Shown: positions 25,464 to 38,465 of the stretch, one piece after another
How the letters are laid out: each line of letters starts with the position of its first letter
Position numbering within the stretch: position 1 is the first letter of the stretch
NCBI RefSeq assembly: GCF_001194135.2
Contig: NC_069000.1
Span: 11,755,286-11,798,167, forward strand
Origin: Octopus bimaculoides
Taxonomy: Eukaryota
Length of the DNA stretch: 42,882 nucleotides
Reading direction: 5' to 3'
Notes under the pieces: model-generated
The model's database searches: none
What the model was told of the DNA's origin: nothing
What the model saw: the letters and a program-made list of their open reading frames with translations, nothing else
Translations under genes and position numbers: made by a program

Positions 25464-25949
25464 AGAAAGATAATGGACTTAGTAAACCTTGTGTATGAAT
25501 AATTTTGGACATGGCATTTTTTGAAAATCCATGAATAAAATACCTCTGAAATGGGAAATTTCTTGAGTTGTGTATTGTAATTCTTTCATTTGTTGGTCAC
25601 AAATAACTTATGAACAAACTTGATAAAATGCATTTATTTCATCACAAAAATAAAACATCACAAAAATTAACAGGGGTATGAATAATTTTGAGGACGACTG
25701 TATACATATAGATAATATAATATACTATATGCACATGTGTATGTGTGTGTGTGTGTGTGGTATAAGTTGTGGCTGTGTGATTGTCTTGTTAAAACGCGAC
25801 TAAAGGTAGCTTCCCCTTGAGTCAGTAAGTATAGTTTAAAGTAATAAGGTAAGGCAAGTAATTAGGCAATGTCCTGCATTGCCCAATTCTTTGCCTTTCT
25901 TCACATGGCATAAACGAGTAAAAGAATAAAAGAATAAAAGAATATATAT

Positions 25950-26195
25950 ATAGATATGATGCACTCTCCCGCCGAAGACGACGTATGAATGCTCAGCTTT
26001 GGCCGAACGACCTGTACAAATGATTTGTTTATGGTGATCGAATATTCGGGCCGCACATTAGCTCACTATCTTCATCAAATCGACGTTGCCTGAGCAGGTG
26101 CATAGTGTGCCACGCGTCAGGTGTCGAAGTGGTCGCAGGGCAACGTGAGATGAAGTGTTCTGCTCAAGAACACAATGCAGCACCAGTCACGATCG
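25950..26195 (-). mobile_element. Diverged tRNA/CORE SINE copy (family of 15950-16084)
   Basis: GCAACGTGAGATGAAGTGTTCTGCTCAAGAACACAATGC parallels GCAAAGAGAAGTAAAATATCTTGCTGAAAGACACAATGC at 15976-16014. Confidence 0.6.
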
Positions 26196-26339
26196 GTAGA
26201 TGGTGAATGCAGTACCTCAACCAATAGGTCATGCACCCTCACATACACACGTGTGTGTGTATACATATATATTATGTATGCGTAAGGAGTGAAAAATCAC
26301 AGGTAAATTGCAAATTAAAACAAATGTGCATGCGTGTGC

Positions 26340-26376
<37 letters not shown>

Positions 26377-26426
26377 CATGTATATATACACACACACACA
26401 TATATATGCATACATACAAACTCACA

Positions 26427-26500
<74 letters not shown>

Positions 26501-26635
26501 CATATATAATGACACAAATAATATATAAATGTATGCATATATCCATACATATATGTACATACATACATGCATACATACATACATACATACATACATACAG
26601 CGAGAAGGAGGGAGACAGAGTGACGGTCTGACGGG

Positions 26636-26730
26636 TGGATGGATGTATGGATGGACGGATGACTGGATGGATGGACGGATGACTGGATGGATGGACGGAC
26701 GGACGGACGGACGGACGGTTGGATGGATGA
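26636..26730. repeat. (GGAT)/(GGAC)n tetranucleotide array
   Basis: Direct. Confidence 0.9.
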
Positions 26731-27243
26731 ATAAATCAGCCGTATGCATGGAAACATTATTACTATTCGTATCATGAACAGACACACAAGCCTGTCATGG
26801 CAAACTCTTCCCTATGGCTACAGCGAAATTAGTAAGCCTGTGAATCTCATTGAAACCAGGGGTATGGTAATAATTGCAAAAGTTTCCTCTTATATATAAA
26901 TGCATTGCACAAACGTACAAACACACAAACACACACTCTTGCGCACACTCACGCACACACACAACCATACACACACAGACACGAACACGCACGTATACAC
27001 TCACACACACATACATATATGAATATATTTCATATCATATAAGCTAATACATATGTAAAATTATTTAGATATAAGTAAATATGCAGATAACTATTACCAT
27101 ATGTGTGTATATGTGTATATGACTTCCGTACATAATTATTTCTTTCAAACGTATACTCCCCATTCAGTCAGACATATTGAAAAACAGAGTTACACTAACA
27201 CAGACGCACACACACACATACATATGCATGTACGCATGTATGC

Positions 27244-27281
<38 letters not shown>

Positions 27282-28795
27282 NNNNNNNNNNNNNNNNNNN
27301 NNNNNNNNNNNNNNNNNNNNNNNNNNNNNNNNNNNNNNNNNNNNNNNNNNNNNNNNNNNNNNNNNNNNNNNNNNNNNNNNNNNNNNNNNNNNNNNNNNNN
27401 NNNNNNNNNNNNNNNNNNNNNNNNNNNNNNNNNNNNNNNNNNNNNNNNNNNNNNNNNNNNNNNNNNNNNNNNNNNNNNNNNNNNNNNNNNNNNNNNNNNN
27501 NNNNNNNNNNNNNNNNNNNNNNNNNNNNNNNNNNNNNNNNNNNNNNNNNNNNNNNNNNNNNNNNNNNNNNNNNNNNNNNNNNNNNNNNNNNNNNNNNNNN
27601 NNNNNNNNNNNNNNNNNNNNNNNNNNNNNNNNNNNNNNNNNNNNNNNNNNNNNNNNNNNNNNNNNNNNNNNNNNNNNNNNNNNNNNNNNNNNNNNNNNNN
27701 NNNNNNNNNNNNNNNNNNNNNNNNNNNNNNNNNNNNNNNNNNNNNNNNNNNNNNNNNNNNNNNNNNNNNNNNNNNNNNNNNNNNNNNNNNNNNNNNNNNN
27801 NNNNNNNNNNNNNNNNNNNNNNNNNNNNNNNNNNNNNNNNNNNNNNNNNNNNNNNNNNNNNNNNNNNNNNNNNNNNNNNNNNNNNNNNNNNNNNNNNNNN
27901 NNNNNNNNNNNNNNNNNNNNNNNNNNNNNNNNNNNNNNNNNNNNNNNNNNNNNNNNNNNNNNNNNNNNNNNNNNNNNNNNNNNNNNNNNNNNNNNNNNNN
28001 NNNNNNNNNNNNNNNNNNNNNNNNNNNNNNNNNNNNNNNNNNNNNNNNNNNNNNNNNNNNNNNNNNNNNNNNNNNNNNNNNNNNNNNNNNNNNNNNNNNN
28101 NNNNNNNNNNNNNNNNNNNNNNNNNNNNNNNNNNNNNNNNNNNNNNNNNNNNNNNNNNNNNNNNNNNNNNNNNNNNNNNNNNNNNNNNNNNNNNNNNNNN
28201 NNNNNNNNNNNNNNNNNNNNNNNNNNNNNNNNNNNNNNNNNNNNNNATAAAAGCATTGATTTATGCTCTGGCACAGACATAAATACATTTCCCATAAATG
28301 CGTATCAATTTCCCGCCCTATTTATTTATATAGATGCAATTACAGATATTTATGTTTCCATTTGTTCGCAAAACACCACATAAATTATACCAAACATTAC
28401 GTTTTATATTTATCTAATACATATTATTATACATTCGCACACATGCGTATGAAGCTTATAAAAGTCACTGATATTTATTTTGTTCACATTTAACAATATA
28501 CATTATAGACATGCTGACATGCAAGTCTACACTCTTACAGATATACAATGACAGGCGGAATGATATATAATGAAACATATTATGTATTATAGATACTCAT
28601 ACCTGCACAAATCATAAAAAATTTGCGGGACAGAACCTGTCAATAGTATAGTTAGCAATTTTCAAGTGGTACTTAATCTTATCGATCCCAAATTGATGAA
28701 TTACATAGTCAACAACTACAGAAGTTGAACCCAGAGCGTAAAGCCAAATATACACACACACACNNNNNNNNNNTATATATATTAGATAGATAGAT

Positions 28796-28827
<32 letters not shown>

Positions 28828-29028
28828 CACACACACACACAAATGCATACATGATATATTGTATAAATCCACACACATCTCTATGTAAAAGCATATATAA
28901 TAAATGTGTGTGTGTGAATGTGATTGTGTGTTTTTGTTTATGTGTATGTATGTATGTATATATGTATGTAAGTATTTGTGTGTGTATGTGTGTGTGNNNN
29001 NNNNNNGTATGTATGTAAGTATTTGTGT

Positions 29029-29069
<41 letters not shown>

Positions 29070-29554
29070 TTTGTAGTTTCTCAGTCAGACAGGAAATAGG
29101 TAGTTTGGTGCATACTGATAGATGAAAAGGTAAACAAATAAAATGACAGATTGTCTTATACGAGGAAGACAGAGACAAAGAGAAAGAGAGAGAGAGAGAC
29201 AGGCAGATAAAGGAGAGGGAGGGGAGAGAGAGAGAGATAAACAGAAAGCATGAAATGGAGGGAGAGAAAGTAAGAAATGAGTGAGAAGAAAACACATTTA
29301 GTGTATGAGAGGAGGAATATGGATGAAATGAAACGCGAAAGTTGCAAAACCTTTCAGCTTCTAGAAATAGACACACACACAAGCAGCCCCACATATATAT
29401 GTGTGTGAATTTATGAGTGTATATTTATGTGTGCATGTGAGCATGTGAGTGTGTATGTGTGTGTGTGTGGTTGTGTACTAACATTGTTATTTACCAGATG
29501 CCAAATATTAATGGAAGAGAAGCAAAATATTAAGGAAAGAGTAGCAAAACAAAC

Positions 29555-29610
29555 GGCAGTGCCCCAGCATGGCCGCAAATCTCAGACTGGAGCGATTAAA
29601 AGAGTATGTA
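29555..29610 (+). mobile_element. SINE 3' tail fragment
   Basis: GTGCCCCAGCATGGCCGCAAATCTCAGACTGGAGCGATTAAAAGAGTA matches the reverse complement of 30205-30258. Confidence 0.6.
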
Positions 29611-29623
29611 TGTAATACACATA

Positions 29624-29659
<36 letters not shown>

Positions 29660-29789
29660 CTATACGTAAAGTACATACGTATATATACGTGTACGTGATA
29701 TATACAGATACATTACACACAAATTTGTATATATATATATACACACATAAACACATACACACACATATGTACGGGAACAAATATGTATG

Positions 29790-29854
<65 letters not shown>

Positions 29855-30195
29855 TTATGCATGTGTGTAAAGCATTTGTAGATATGTTTGTGGTATATAC
29901 CGACAAATATGCTAAATATGTTCGTAATCAGGTTAGTATACTTACGTGTGCAAAGAAAATGCACACACGTAAAGACACGAGGACTGACATAAAAATCCGC
30001 ACACATACACAAACACACAAACACACACACACACACACATACATACAAGCATACATACATACATGCTTGGATGCATGTATGTATATACTTATACATATGT
30101 ATCTGGAGCAGTTTGTCATATTTGATCGGAGTCGAGAACACTGGGACCGCGCCCCGCGTCTAAGCGTAACACGCATAGTATAAACGAATATATAT

Positions 30196-30608
30196 CTCTT
30201 TTATTCTTTTACTCTTTTACTTGTTTCAGTCTTTTGACTGTGGCCATGCTGGAGCAGCGCCTTTGGTCGAGCAAATCGACCCCAGGACTTATTCTTTAGA
30301 AGCCTAGTACTTATTCTATCGGTCTCTTTTGCCGAACCGCTATGTTACGGGGACATAAACATACCAGCATCGGTTGTGAAGCGATGTTGGGGGGACAAAC
30401 ACAGACACACAAACACATACACACATACATATATATATATATACACATATATACGACGGGCTTCTTTCAGCTTCCGTCTACCAAATCCACTGACAAGGCT
30501 TTGGTCGGCCCGAGGCTATAGTAGAAGACACTTGCCCAAGATGCCACGCAGTGGGACTGAACCCGGGACCATGTGGTTGGTAAGCAAGCTACATACCACA
30601 CAGTCACT

Positions 30609-30611
<3 letters not shown>
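30196..30611 (-). mobile_element. Full-length (about 416 bp) tRNA/CORE-type SINE with internal (TA)/(TG) microsatellite
   Basis: Minus strand: AGGAGTGACTGTGTGG (A box), GGGTTCAGTCCC (B box), ATCTTGGGCAAGTGTC (CORE-like), internal microsatellite, body, CTCCAGCATGGCCACAGTC, then a TAAAAGAG-type tail. Several partial copies occur in the window. Confidence 0.92.
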
Positions 30612-30651
<40 letters not shown>

Positions 30652-30960
30652 ATCTATGTGCATATATGAATATATGTGCGTATGTATACGTGTAAATAGA
30701 TATGTATGTATGCATGTATATGCTAAATATAGCCAGAGTGAGACACATAGACAGACACAAGTGATTTTCATTCTTTGTGTAATGGTAACACTTACGCCCA
30801 TCTTCAATCTTTTACAAGGTTTAAAAACAGTGATCAATATAATATCTTCTACGCTGATGTTAGTACGGGGTTCGATATCAACGGTTAAAGGTCTTAAGTA
30901 CCGTATCTCATCATAGGTCGGGGATAACGTTCGTAACATTTATAATAAAAATATTTATAT

Positions 30961-30998
<38 letters not shown>

Positions 30999-31214
30999 CT
31001 ATATACATATATAAATATACATATAGTAAATATGTATATATATATATATATATATATATNNNNNNNNNNNNNNNNNNNNNNNNNNNNNNNNNNNNNNNNN
31101 NNNNNNNNNNNNNNNNNNNNNNNNNNNNNNNNNNNNNNNNNNNNNNNNNNNNNNNNNNNNNNNNNNNNNNNNNNNNNNNNNNNNNNNNNNNNNNNNNNNN
31201 NNNNNNNNNNNNNN

Positions 31215-31398
31215 GGTTAATGGATATCACAGAAGTGTTTTAACAGACATGCTTTTAACGAAACGCTCTATCTATCCCTGTGTATGTGTGAATATATATA
31301 TATGCATGCATATATATATATTCACACATACACAGGGATAGATAGAGCGTTTCGTTAAAAGCATGTCTGTTAAAACACTTCTGTGATATCCATTAACC
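31215..31398. repeat. Perfect 184-bp spacerless palindrome abutting a gap
   Basis: Position p pairs with 62613-p throughout; centre TGCA|TGCA at 31306/31307. Confidence 0.97.
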
Positions 31399-31656
31399 AA
31401 TTTTCCCTGCTGTTGCTGTTTTTGAACTTTTTTCGAGTGCAAATATTTCCTCCTCTACAGAAGAGTGGTGAGAAGTTTCGAGACGTGTGTCTTATCCTCT
31501 TTACATCATCGCTGTAACGTATAGGTTTTTATTTATACGTATACGTACATACATTCATATATGTAAGCACACACGCACACACAAACACACACGCACACGC
31601 ACAAACAAACACACACATACATACACACACACATATACATGCGCATATACACAAAC

Positions 31657-31691
<35 letters not shown>

Positions 31692-31820
31692 CACATACAT
31701 ATGCACAATCACATGTACACACATATATATATATAAACTTATATGTATACTTATATATATGCATGTACATGAGTATGTATCGATGTATATATTATATATG
31801 TACATATATATATATATATA

Positions 31821-31969
31821 TTAAGGATAAAATCCAAAATTACAGGTAAAAACTCAATTAAAATCAATTTATTAAAAATTAAAAGTAAGTTAAGTTTCAC
31901 TGTATAAAATATATATAAATATATAGTTTTAGGGAAAAGAACCAAGGTTCATGGACTCATCGATGAAAA
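31821..31969 (+). mobile_element. Left part of an unclassified TIR-bearing repeat embedded in (TA)n
   Basis: 31821-31866 is the reverse complement of 40592-40637 (5 differences in 46); 31921-31969 is directly repeated at 40520-40568. Confidence 0.7.
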
Positions 31970-32851
31970 ATTAATAATTAAAAGCACAATAAATAAGTAT
32001 AATTTAATACAAAGTAAATATCATAAGATAAAAATATTATANNNNNNNNNNNNNNNNNNNNNNNNNNNNNNNNNNNNNNNNNNNNNNNNNNNNNNNNNNN
32101 NNNNNNNNNNNNNNNNNNNNNNNNNNNNNNNNNNNNNNNNNNNNNNNNNNNNNNNNNNNNNNNNNNNNNNNNNNNNNNNNNNNNNNNNNNNNNNNNNNNN
32201 NNNNNNNNNNNNNNNNNNNNNNNNNNNNNNNNNNNNNNNNNNNNNNNNNNNNNNNNNNNNNNNNNNNNNNNNNNNNNNNNNNNNNNNNNNNNNNNNNNNN
32301 NNNNNNNNNNNNNNNNNNNNNNNNNNNNNNNNNNNNNNNNNNNNNNNNNNNNNNNNNNNNNNNNNNNNNNNNNNNNNNNNNNNNNNNNNNNNNNNNNNNN
32401 NNNNNNNNNNNNNNNNNNNNNNNNNNNNNNNNNNNNNNNNNNNNNNNNNNNNNNNNNNNNNNNNNNNNNNNNNNNNNNNNNNNNNNNNNNNNNNNNNNNN
32501 NNNNNNNNNNNNNNNNNNNNNNNNNNNNNNNNNNNNNNNNNNNNNNNNNNNNNNNNNNNNNNNNNNNNNNNNNNNNNNNNNNNNNNNNNNNNNNNNNNNN
32601 NNNNNNNNNNNNNNNNNNNNNNNNNNNNNNNNNNNNNNNNNNNNNNNNNNNNNNNNNNNNNNNNNNNNNNNNNNNNNNNNNNNNNNNNNNNNNNNNNNNN
32701 NNNNNNNNNNNNNNNNNNNNNNNNNNNNNNNNNNNNNNNNNNNNNNNNNNNNNNNNNNNNNNNNNNNNNNNNNNNNNNNNNNNNNNNNNNNNNNNNNNNN
32801 NNNNNNNNNNNNNNNNNNNNNNNNNNNNNNNNNNNNNNNNNNNNNNNNNNN

Positions 32852-32915
<64 letters not shown>

Positions 32916-34998
32916 TTAGTATGCTGTCGAAGTTATTCGCTATTTTTCATCTATGATGAGTGACACGAAAATAAAACTAATATTCATTTTAATGATGTGT
33001 ATTTATTTTTGTATTTGATTATTTTCTTTGTAATTTTTTTAAACTATAGCGTCGTTGGTTACTTAGTTCCAACGTATTACAAGCATTAACGATGACGAGA
33101 ATGATAAGGGAGTGACTAACTCTATGTAGAACAATTATCTCGAGGGACTTCTCTTTTAAAAGCTCCCATGTTTCAATTTCTAGCCGTTATACATCATTAA
33201 GAATCAGCGAAAAATATACATTGCAGGAATAGGCATAAACACACACACAGTGGCATACATACATATACGTATGCATGCGTACATGCATACATACAAACAT
33301 ACATACATGCATAGATGTATATGTGTGTATGTTTGTGTTTGTGTGCGTGAATGTTTGTGTATGCATCTGAGTATGCATGTACATATATACACTCACAAAT
33401 ACTTATATACACATATAAATATATCTACACATATACACGCACATACATAAATACACACGCACAGACATAACCACACACACACGCATATATATACACACAT
33501 ACTTATATACATATATATTTATATATACATTCATAAGTATGTATAAATGTATGTCTGTATGTGTGTGCGTGTACAAATATATATATATATATATTTATAC
33601 ATGTATATAAATATATATATATTTATATGTATTATTATGTATCATTTTAGACAAATAGATAGACAGACACATACATACATACATACTAGATATGCAACTA
33701 TATGCATGAGAATATATAGATAAAGCAAAACATACAAATCTGTACATATACATACAAACAAAAATACTTGATGTTGAAATTCCAATGAGCCTTGAATCTA
33801 GGTTAGAAACCGACTCTTTTTTGGCAAGAAATCCTGAAATAAAACCGAACCATGACTTACATACATATGAATATAACTTGTCGCTACTCTGAGTTTCACA
33901 CACGTGTTGAGGTACGCAAATGCTCGCGATTTATATTTATCACTCGCTTGTTCAACTCTCATTGCTCATATCAAGTTAGGTAATCGAATATGTAGCAGAC
34001 CAAATAATATCTTGTTGGTAGCTATACCATTACGTAGTATAGAAAAGCCCCATTTCTGATCTGCAGCCATCAAAACACACCTACTCAACTGGGCTCATAT
34101 ACGGAATAGCTTTCTTTTATACGAAATCTCTCTAAAGATTATTCTCCGATGATGTCTACAGCAGTGTTATGTCTCAAATATCCAATTAGTGATACTACAT
34201 ATCACATGAAGATTAAATATTTGGTATTTTTCGTATCAGTGAGCCATAGTGTGCAGTTTCATTCTTCAATGGAATATGGAGTGTCTTTGTCGACGATGTT
34301 CCATTTTATTCAATCATTATCTCTGAGTATCGTGAAGAATCGGGGCAAGAAACGGAAAAAGAGAGTTGTGTTTCCGTGTCACTTGAAATGAATGATTGTA
34401 AATGTCGGTAATATCGATATTTGAATGTATTAACCTCGAATTACATACGTTTCGTTTCCAAAGAGTTCGATGGTATTATAGATGCTCTGTATATCACTGC
34501 TCTGAAGGGGGTACGAAGTGGCAAACAATTGATCTTTACAATTACGAGGTGGCTTTTTGGATAAGTGTTATCTAAGGTCATGTTTTCGATGGCAATGTGT
34601 CTGGATAGAGATGACATCCAGATTACAATGGGTGTACCATAACCTTATTGGAGCTAGGAGTATTGCATTTGTGTATTTCTAGCTAGCAAATGTTTTACTA
34701 CAAAAAGAAATTTCATGACAATATTCGTGGCTACGATATTTCTGACGCTGTATATATATATAATCAATCACTTGATATGCTTTGATCACTTAAAATTAAA
34801 CCGAGCTGGAGCACTGCCAATAAAACTTTACATGCACCATAATGTTCCTTGAACAAACACCTACCAAATTCCACTTTCACACACAGGCTCCCACTCCCAC
34901 CTCCACCACCATACAACACGCACACACACGTATATATGAGTTGTGTTAGCAAAACCCCATGTGTGTATATACAAAAACACGTGTGTATATACATATGT

Positions 34999-35230
34999 AT
35001 GCATACACACCTACAAACGTATAATACATATGTATGCATATGTACTATACACACCTACATATATATGTATATATAGATGCATACATATATATGCATACAC
35101 ACCTACAAACGTATAATACATATGTATGCATATGTACTATACACACCTACATATATATGTATATATAGATGCATACATATATATGCATACACACCTACAA
35201 ACGTATAATACATATGTATGCATATGTACT
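34999..35230. repeat. 92-bp minisatellite, about 2.5 identical units, built from microsatellite-like sequence
   Basis: GCATACACACCTACAAACG recurs at 35001, 35093 and 35185; runs into a 10-N gap. Confidence 0.9.
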
Positions 35231-35469
35231 NNNNNNNNNNAAAGAATACGGAGACAAGGAGAAAAACACGGAGAAAAAAAATTGAATAGTGTTCAGTCAA
35301 CGGTCAATCATAATAATGGCCGATCATAACAATATATATATATATGTATGTATACATGCATATATGTGTGTGTATACATATATTTGTATAAGGATATACA
35401 CATGGGCATGTGCACGCACACACACACACCATGTACACACACATGTTAGTATGTGTACGTGTGTCTTAT

Positions 35470-35635
35470 GTTCATGGTGGACTTCCGCATAATTTCCGTC
35501 TATCAAATTCCAATTGAAGCTCTCATAAAATATCATCAGCGAGCCCCCAATAATCAAACGTTCAAGGTACCTAATGAAAGTGACGACGCTCAGAGGGATG
35601 AAATCCAGGACCAAGTGCTTAGGTTGCGCTTGTAA
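35470..35635 (-). mobile_element. Old CORE-type SINE copy
   Basis: Minus strand AAGCACTTGGTCCTGGATTTCATCCC...TTTGATAGACGGAAATTATGCGGAAGTCC is collinear with the 30611 family. Confidence 0.55.
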
Positions 35636-35804
35636 CTAAAAATTTTACGTTTCATCTCAGAGCTAAAATTTAATTATATTAAACTGATTTTTAATAATGC
35701 ACTTAGGTATTCTATTCTAAGGAAAAATATATGGCTTTAAGTGATTTATTATTAATAAATATGTTCTCTTTTCATTAATCTTTGACTCAATGTAATATTC
35801 GTGT

Positions 35805-35992
35805 ATCTTTTATCTAGTTTCAATCACCGAACTGCGGTCATGCTGGAGCACCACCCTGAAGTGTTTTCGTCTAGCAACTCCATTCACAAAGCAAGTGTCG
35901 TTTGGGGCCGTAACAGAAGACAGTTGCCCAAGGTGACATGCAGTGGAACGAAAACTGAAACCACGTGGTTGCAAATGAATTTTCTTCACTGC
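35805..35992 (-). mobile_element. Short (about 190 bp) CORE-type SINE sharing head and tail with the 416-bp family
   Basis: Minus strand CAACCACGTGGTTTCAG...CACCTTGGGCAACTGTCTTCTGTTACGGCCCC...GGTGCTCCAGCATGACCGCAGTT...ACTAGATAAAAGA. Confidence 0.75.
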
Positions 35993-36249
35993 ATATATCA
36001 AAGTTCTGATCTAGAAACTTAAAGAGAGAGCTAAGAGCTCATATTCAATCGCTCATTTGGCTAGAAATAGCATGTAAAGTGGCGTTGAATCACAGGCCCG
36101 AATGACTTTAAAAAATAAAGAGCGACGGATTGAATGATGCCAAGGCGTACTCTTTCTGTTTTTTTTTGCCATGGTCTACCTGCGTTTTAGATTTGATCTG
36201 CCGCGCACTTTAACACTCCAGTCTGGTACCTTGTGAGCCATTATCGGAG

Positions 36250-36762
36250 ATCAGACTGTTGCAGGCTTTCATATTTATGATTCAGTGCGACCATGAAATA
36301 GAGAATAAGAAGCCACACATAGTATTAATTGAGAAAGCAAGCAAACGATGCTGGATCATAGATACAGCATGTCCAGCTGACAACAAGGTATGCGATACGG
36401 AAGAAAGAAAAGTCGATAGATATAACAGGTTAGCTTGGGAGGTTAAGTAGTTGTGGTCGCTGAAGAAGAGGGCAGTAGTACCAATAATTGTCGGAGCCCA
36501 GGAAATAGTGAGTAAAAATCTTGAGAAGTTCATGGAACAAATAGGGGCTGCAATAAGGGCGGAGCCCTTGCAGTAAACAGCACTTGCTTGTAACCGCTTG
36601 AATACTCCGGGTGGTGCTCGAAAAATAAGGGGTGTGTTACCTTAGTTCACTGGTAGTGAACAGCTGGCACCATAGTACATCTCCAGCCTTAGAAGCTGTG
36701 CAAAGACAATAAATAACAACAACAACAACAACAATAATAGTAATAATAATAATAATAATAAT
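36250..36762 (+). mobile_element. Dong/R4-clade non-LTR retrotransposon 3' end (RLE domain), copy 1, with (AAC)/(AAT) tail
   Basis: MIQCDHEIENKKPHIVLIEKASKRCWIIDTACPADNKV...EVK*LWSLKKRAVVPIIVG...; PD..D-type restriction-like endonuclease with PD mutated to PH; stop near 36628, 3' UTR, tail 36708-36762. Confidence 0.9.
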
Positions 36763-37252
<490 letters not shown>

Positions 37253-37253
37253 C

Positions 37254-37565
37254 GGTCCCTTAAAATTTGAAAGAGAAATAATTTGGAGCATGAGACCAAT
37301 AAAGGTCGTGCCTGTAATAATTGGTGCGTTGGGAACAGTAAGCAAAGATACAACAAATGGCTGAAGGAGATGGGAATAGAATGGCCTGTAGAACTCCTAC
37401 GGAAAGTTTGTCGCTTAGAAACAGCGAGGATTATCGGGAAGGTTCTAAAGCACTTGAAAGACAGCTGAAAATATATGGATACCTAAGGTTACAGGTAGTA
37501 AGCCACTACCCATGGGAATCCTACCAGGAAGAAGACCGAGCCTAACCAAACCAAAATAATAATAA
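37254..37565 (+). mobile_element. Dong/R4-type 3' end, copy 3 (family C)
   Basis: IWSMRPIKVVPVIIGALGTVSKD, frameshift, NKWLKEMGIEWPVELLRKVCRLETARIIGKVL; short AAT tail. Confidence 0.85.
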
Positions 37566-37574
37566 GAGCAGCAA

Positions 37575-37575
<1 letters not shown>

Positions 37576-37632
<57 letters not shown>

Positions 37633-37637
37633 GTAAA

Positions 37638-37692
<55 letters not shown>

Positions 37693-37697
37693 GTAAA

Positions 37698-37751
<54 letters not shown>

Positions 37752-37809
37752 CATCATTATTATTATTACTATTATTATTATTATTATTATTGTTATTATT
37801 ATTATTATT
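37576..37809. repeat. (ATT)n array with a 60-bp higher-order duplication
   Basis: The interruption GTAAAT occurs at 37633 and 37693; lines 37621-37680 and 37681-37740 are identical. Confidence 0.95.
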
Positions 37810-38056
37810 GGCATTAAGATTACTGTTCATAGTTTTGAGAAACTCGTATTGGGTTCAATATCACCCAATCTGAAGAAGCATCTATCTGGACACTTGAAAA
37901 ATACATTACAATTTTGGCTCCACTTGGAACTGCATGCATACCGCGTAAAGTACACCCTGTCTGAAGGCCTTGTGACTTAACAGACAGTGAAAATCTCCGG
38001 AACACACAATATCTTCAATCTACATTTACAATATTGGACACTGTGTGACGTCTTTC

Positions 38057-38098
<42 letters not shown>
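37810..38098 (+). mobile_element. Dong/R4-type 3' end, copy 4 (family D, decayed), with (AAT)n tail
   Basis: LVLGSISPNLKKHL resembles the IGALG(S/T)I..NLKKHL segment of the same C-terminus; distinct 3' UTR ending GTGTGACGTCTTTC then AAT repeats. Confidence 0.6.
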
Positions 38099-38099
<1 letters not shown>

Positions 38100-38425
38100 T
38101 GACAATGTGTCTCTGAAAGAAACGGAGAAACTCTCAAAATACCCGAATGTGGAGTCTAAAAACAGAGACAATCCCTATAATAATAGGTGAATTAGGTATA
38201 ATGAAAAAACACATTCAGACAAATACTGAACCAAAACACCAGGACTTACGAATCTATATAACATACAGAAAAATAACACTACTAGGCACCGCACACATCC
38301 TTACGTAACACTCTTTCAATAAGTAAAGAATAAGAACACCACAACAAACCACAGTACATAATCGAAGGCATACAGAGCTGCGCACGGCAGTGCAGTGAAA
38401 GCACGTGATGGAGAGAAGACTACTG

Positions 38426-38457
<32 letters not shown>

Positions 38458-38465
38458 CGATAACG

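Larger units (their letters stand above)
24082..25700 (+). mobile_element. Full-length Tc1-like transposon (1,619 bp), IR/DR type, TA target-site duplication
   Basis: TA|CAGTCGTCCTCAAAATT...AATTTTGAGGACGACTG|TA. The first 220 bp of the two ends differ at 8 positions; 15-bp direct repeat CAAAATTATTCATAC at 24092 and 24275, mirrored at 25493 and 25676. Confidence 0.97.

Noticed and set aside
28967-29040. Direct duplication on both sides of a 10-N gap
   Set aside because: It is typical unmerged contig overlap, an assembly artefact.
33766-33835. Possible small minus-strand exon (TTTTATTTCAG acceptor, FLAKKESVSNLDSRLIGISTS)
   Set aside because: Weak donor, no recognisable protein and no partner exons; it would need RNA-seq.
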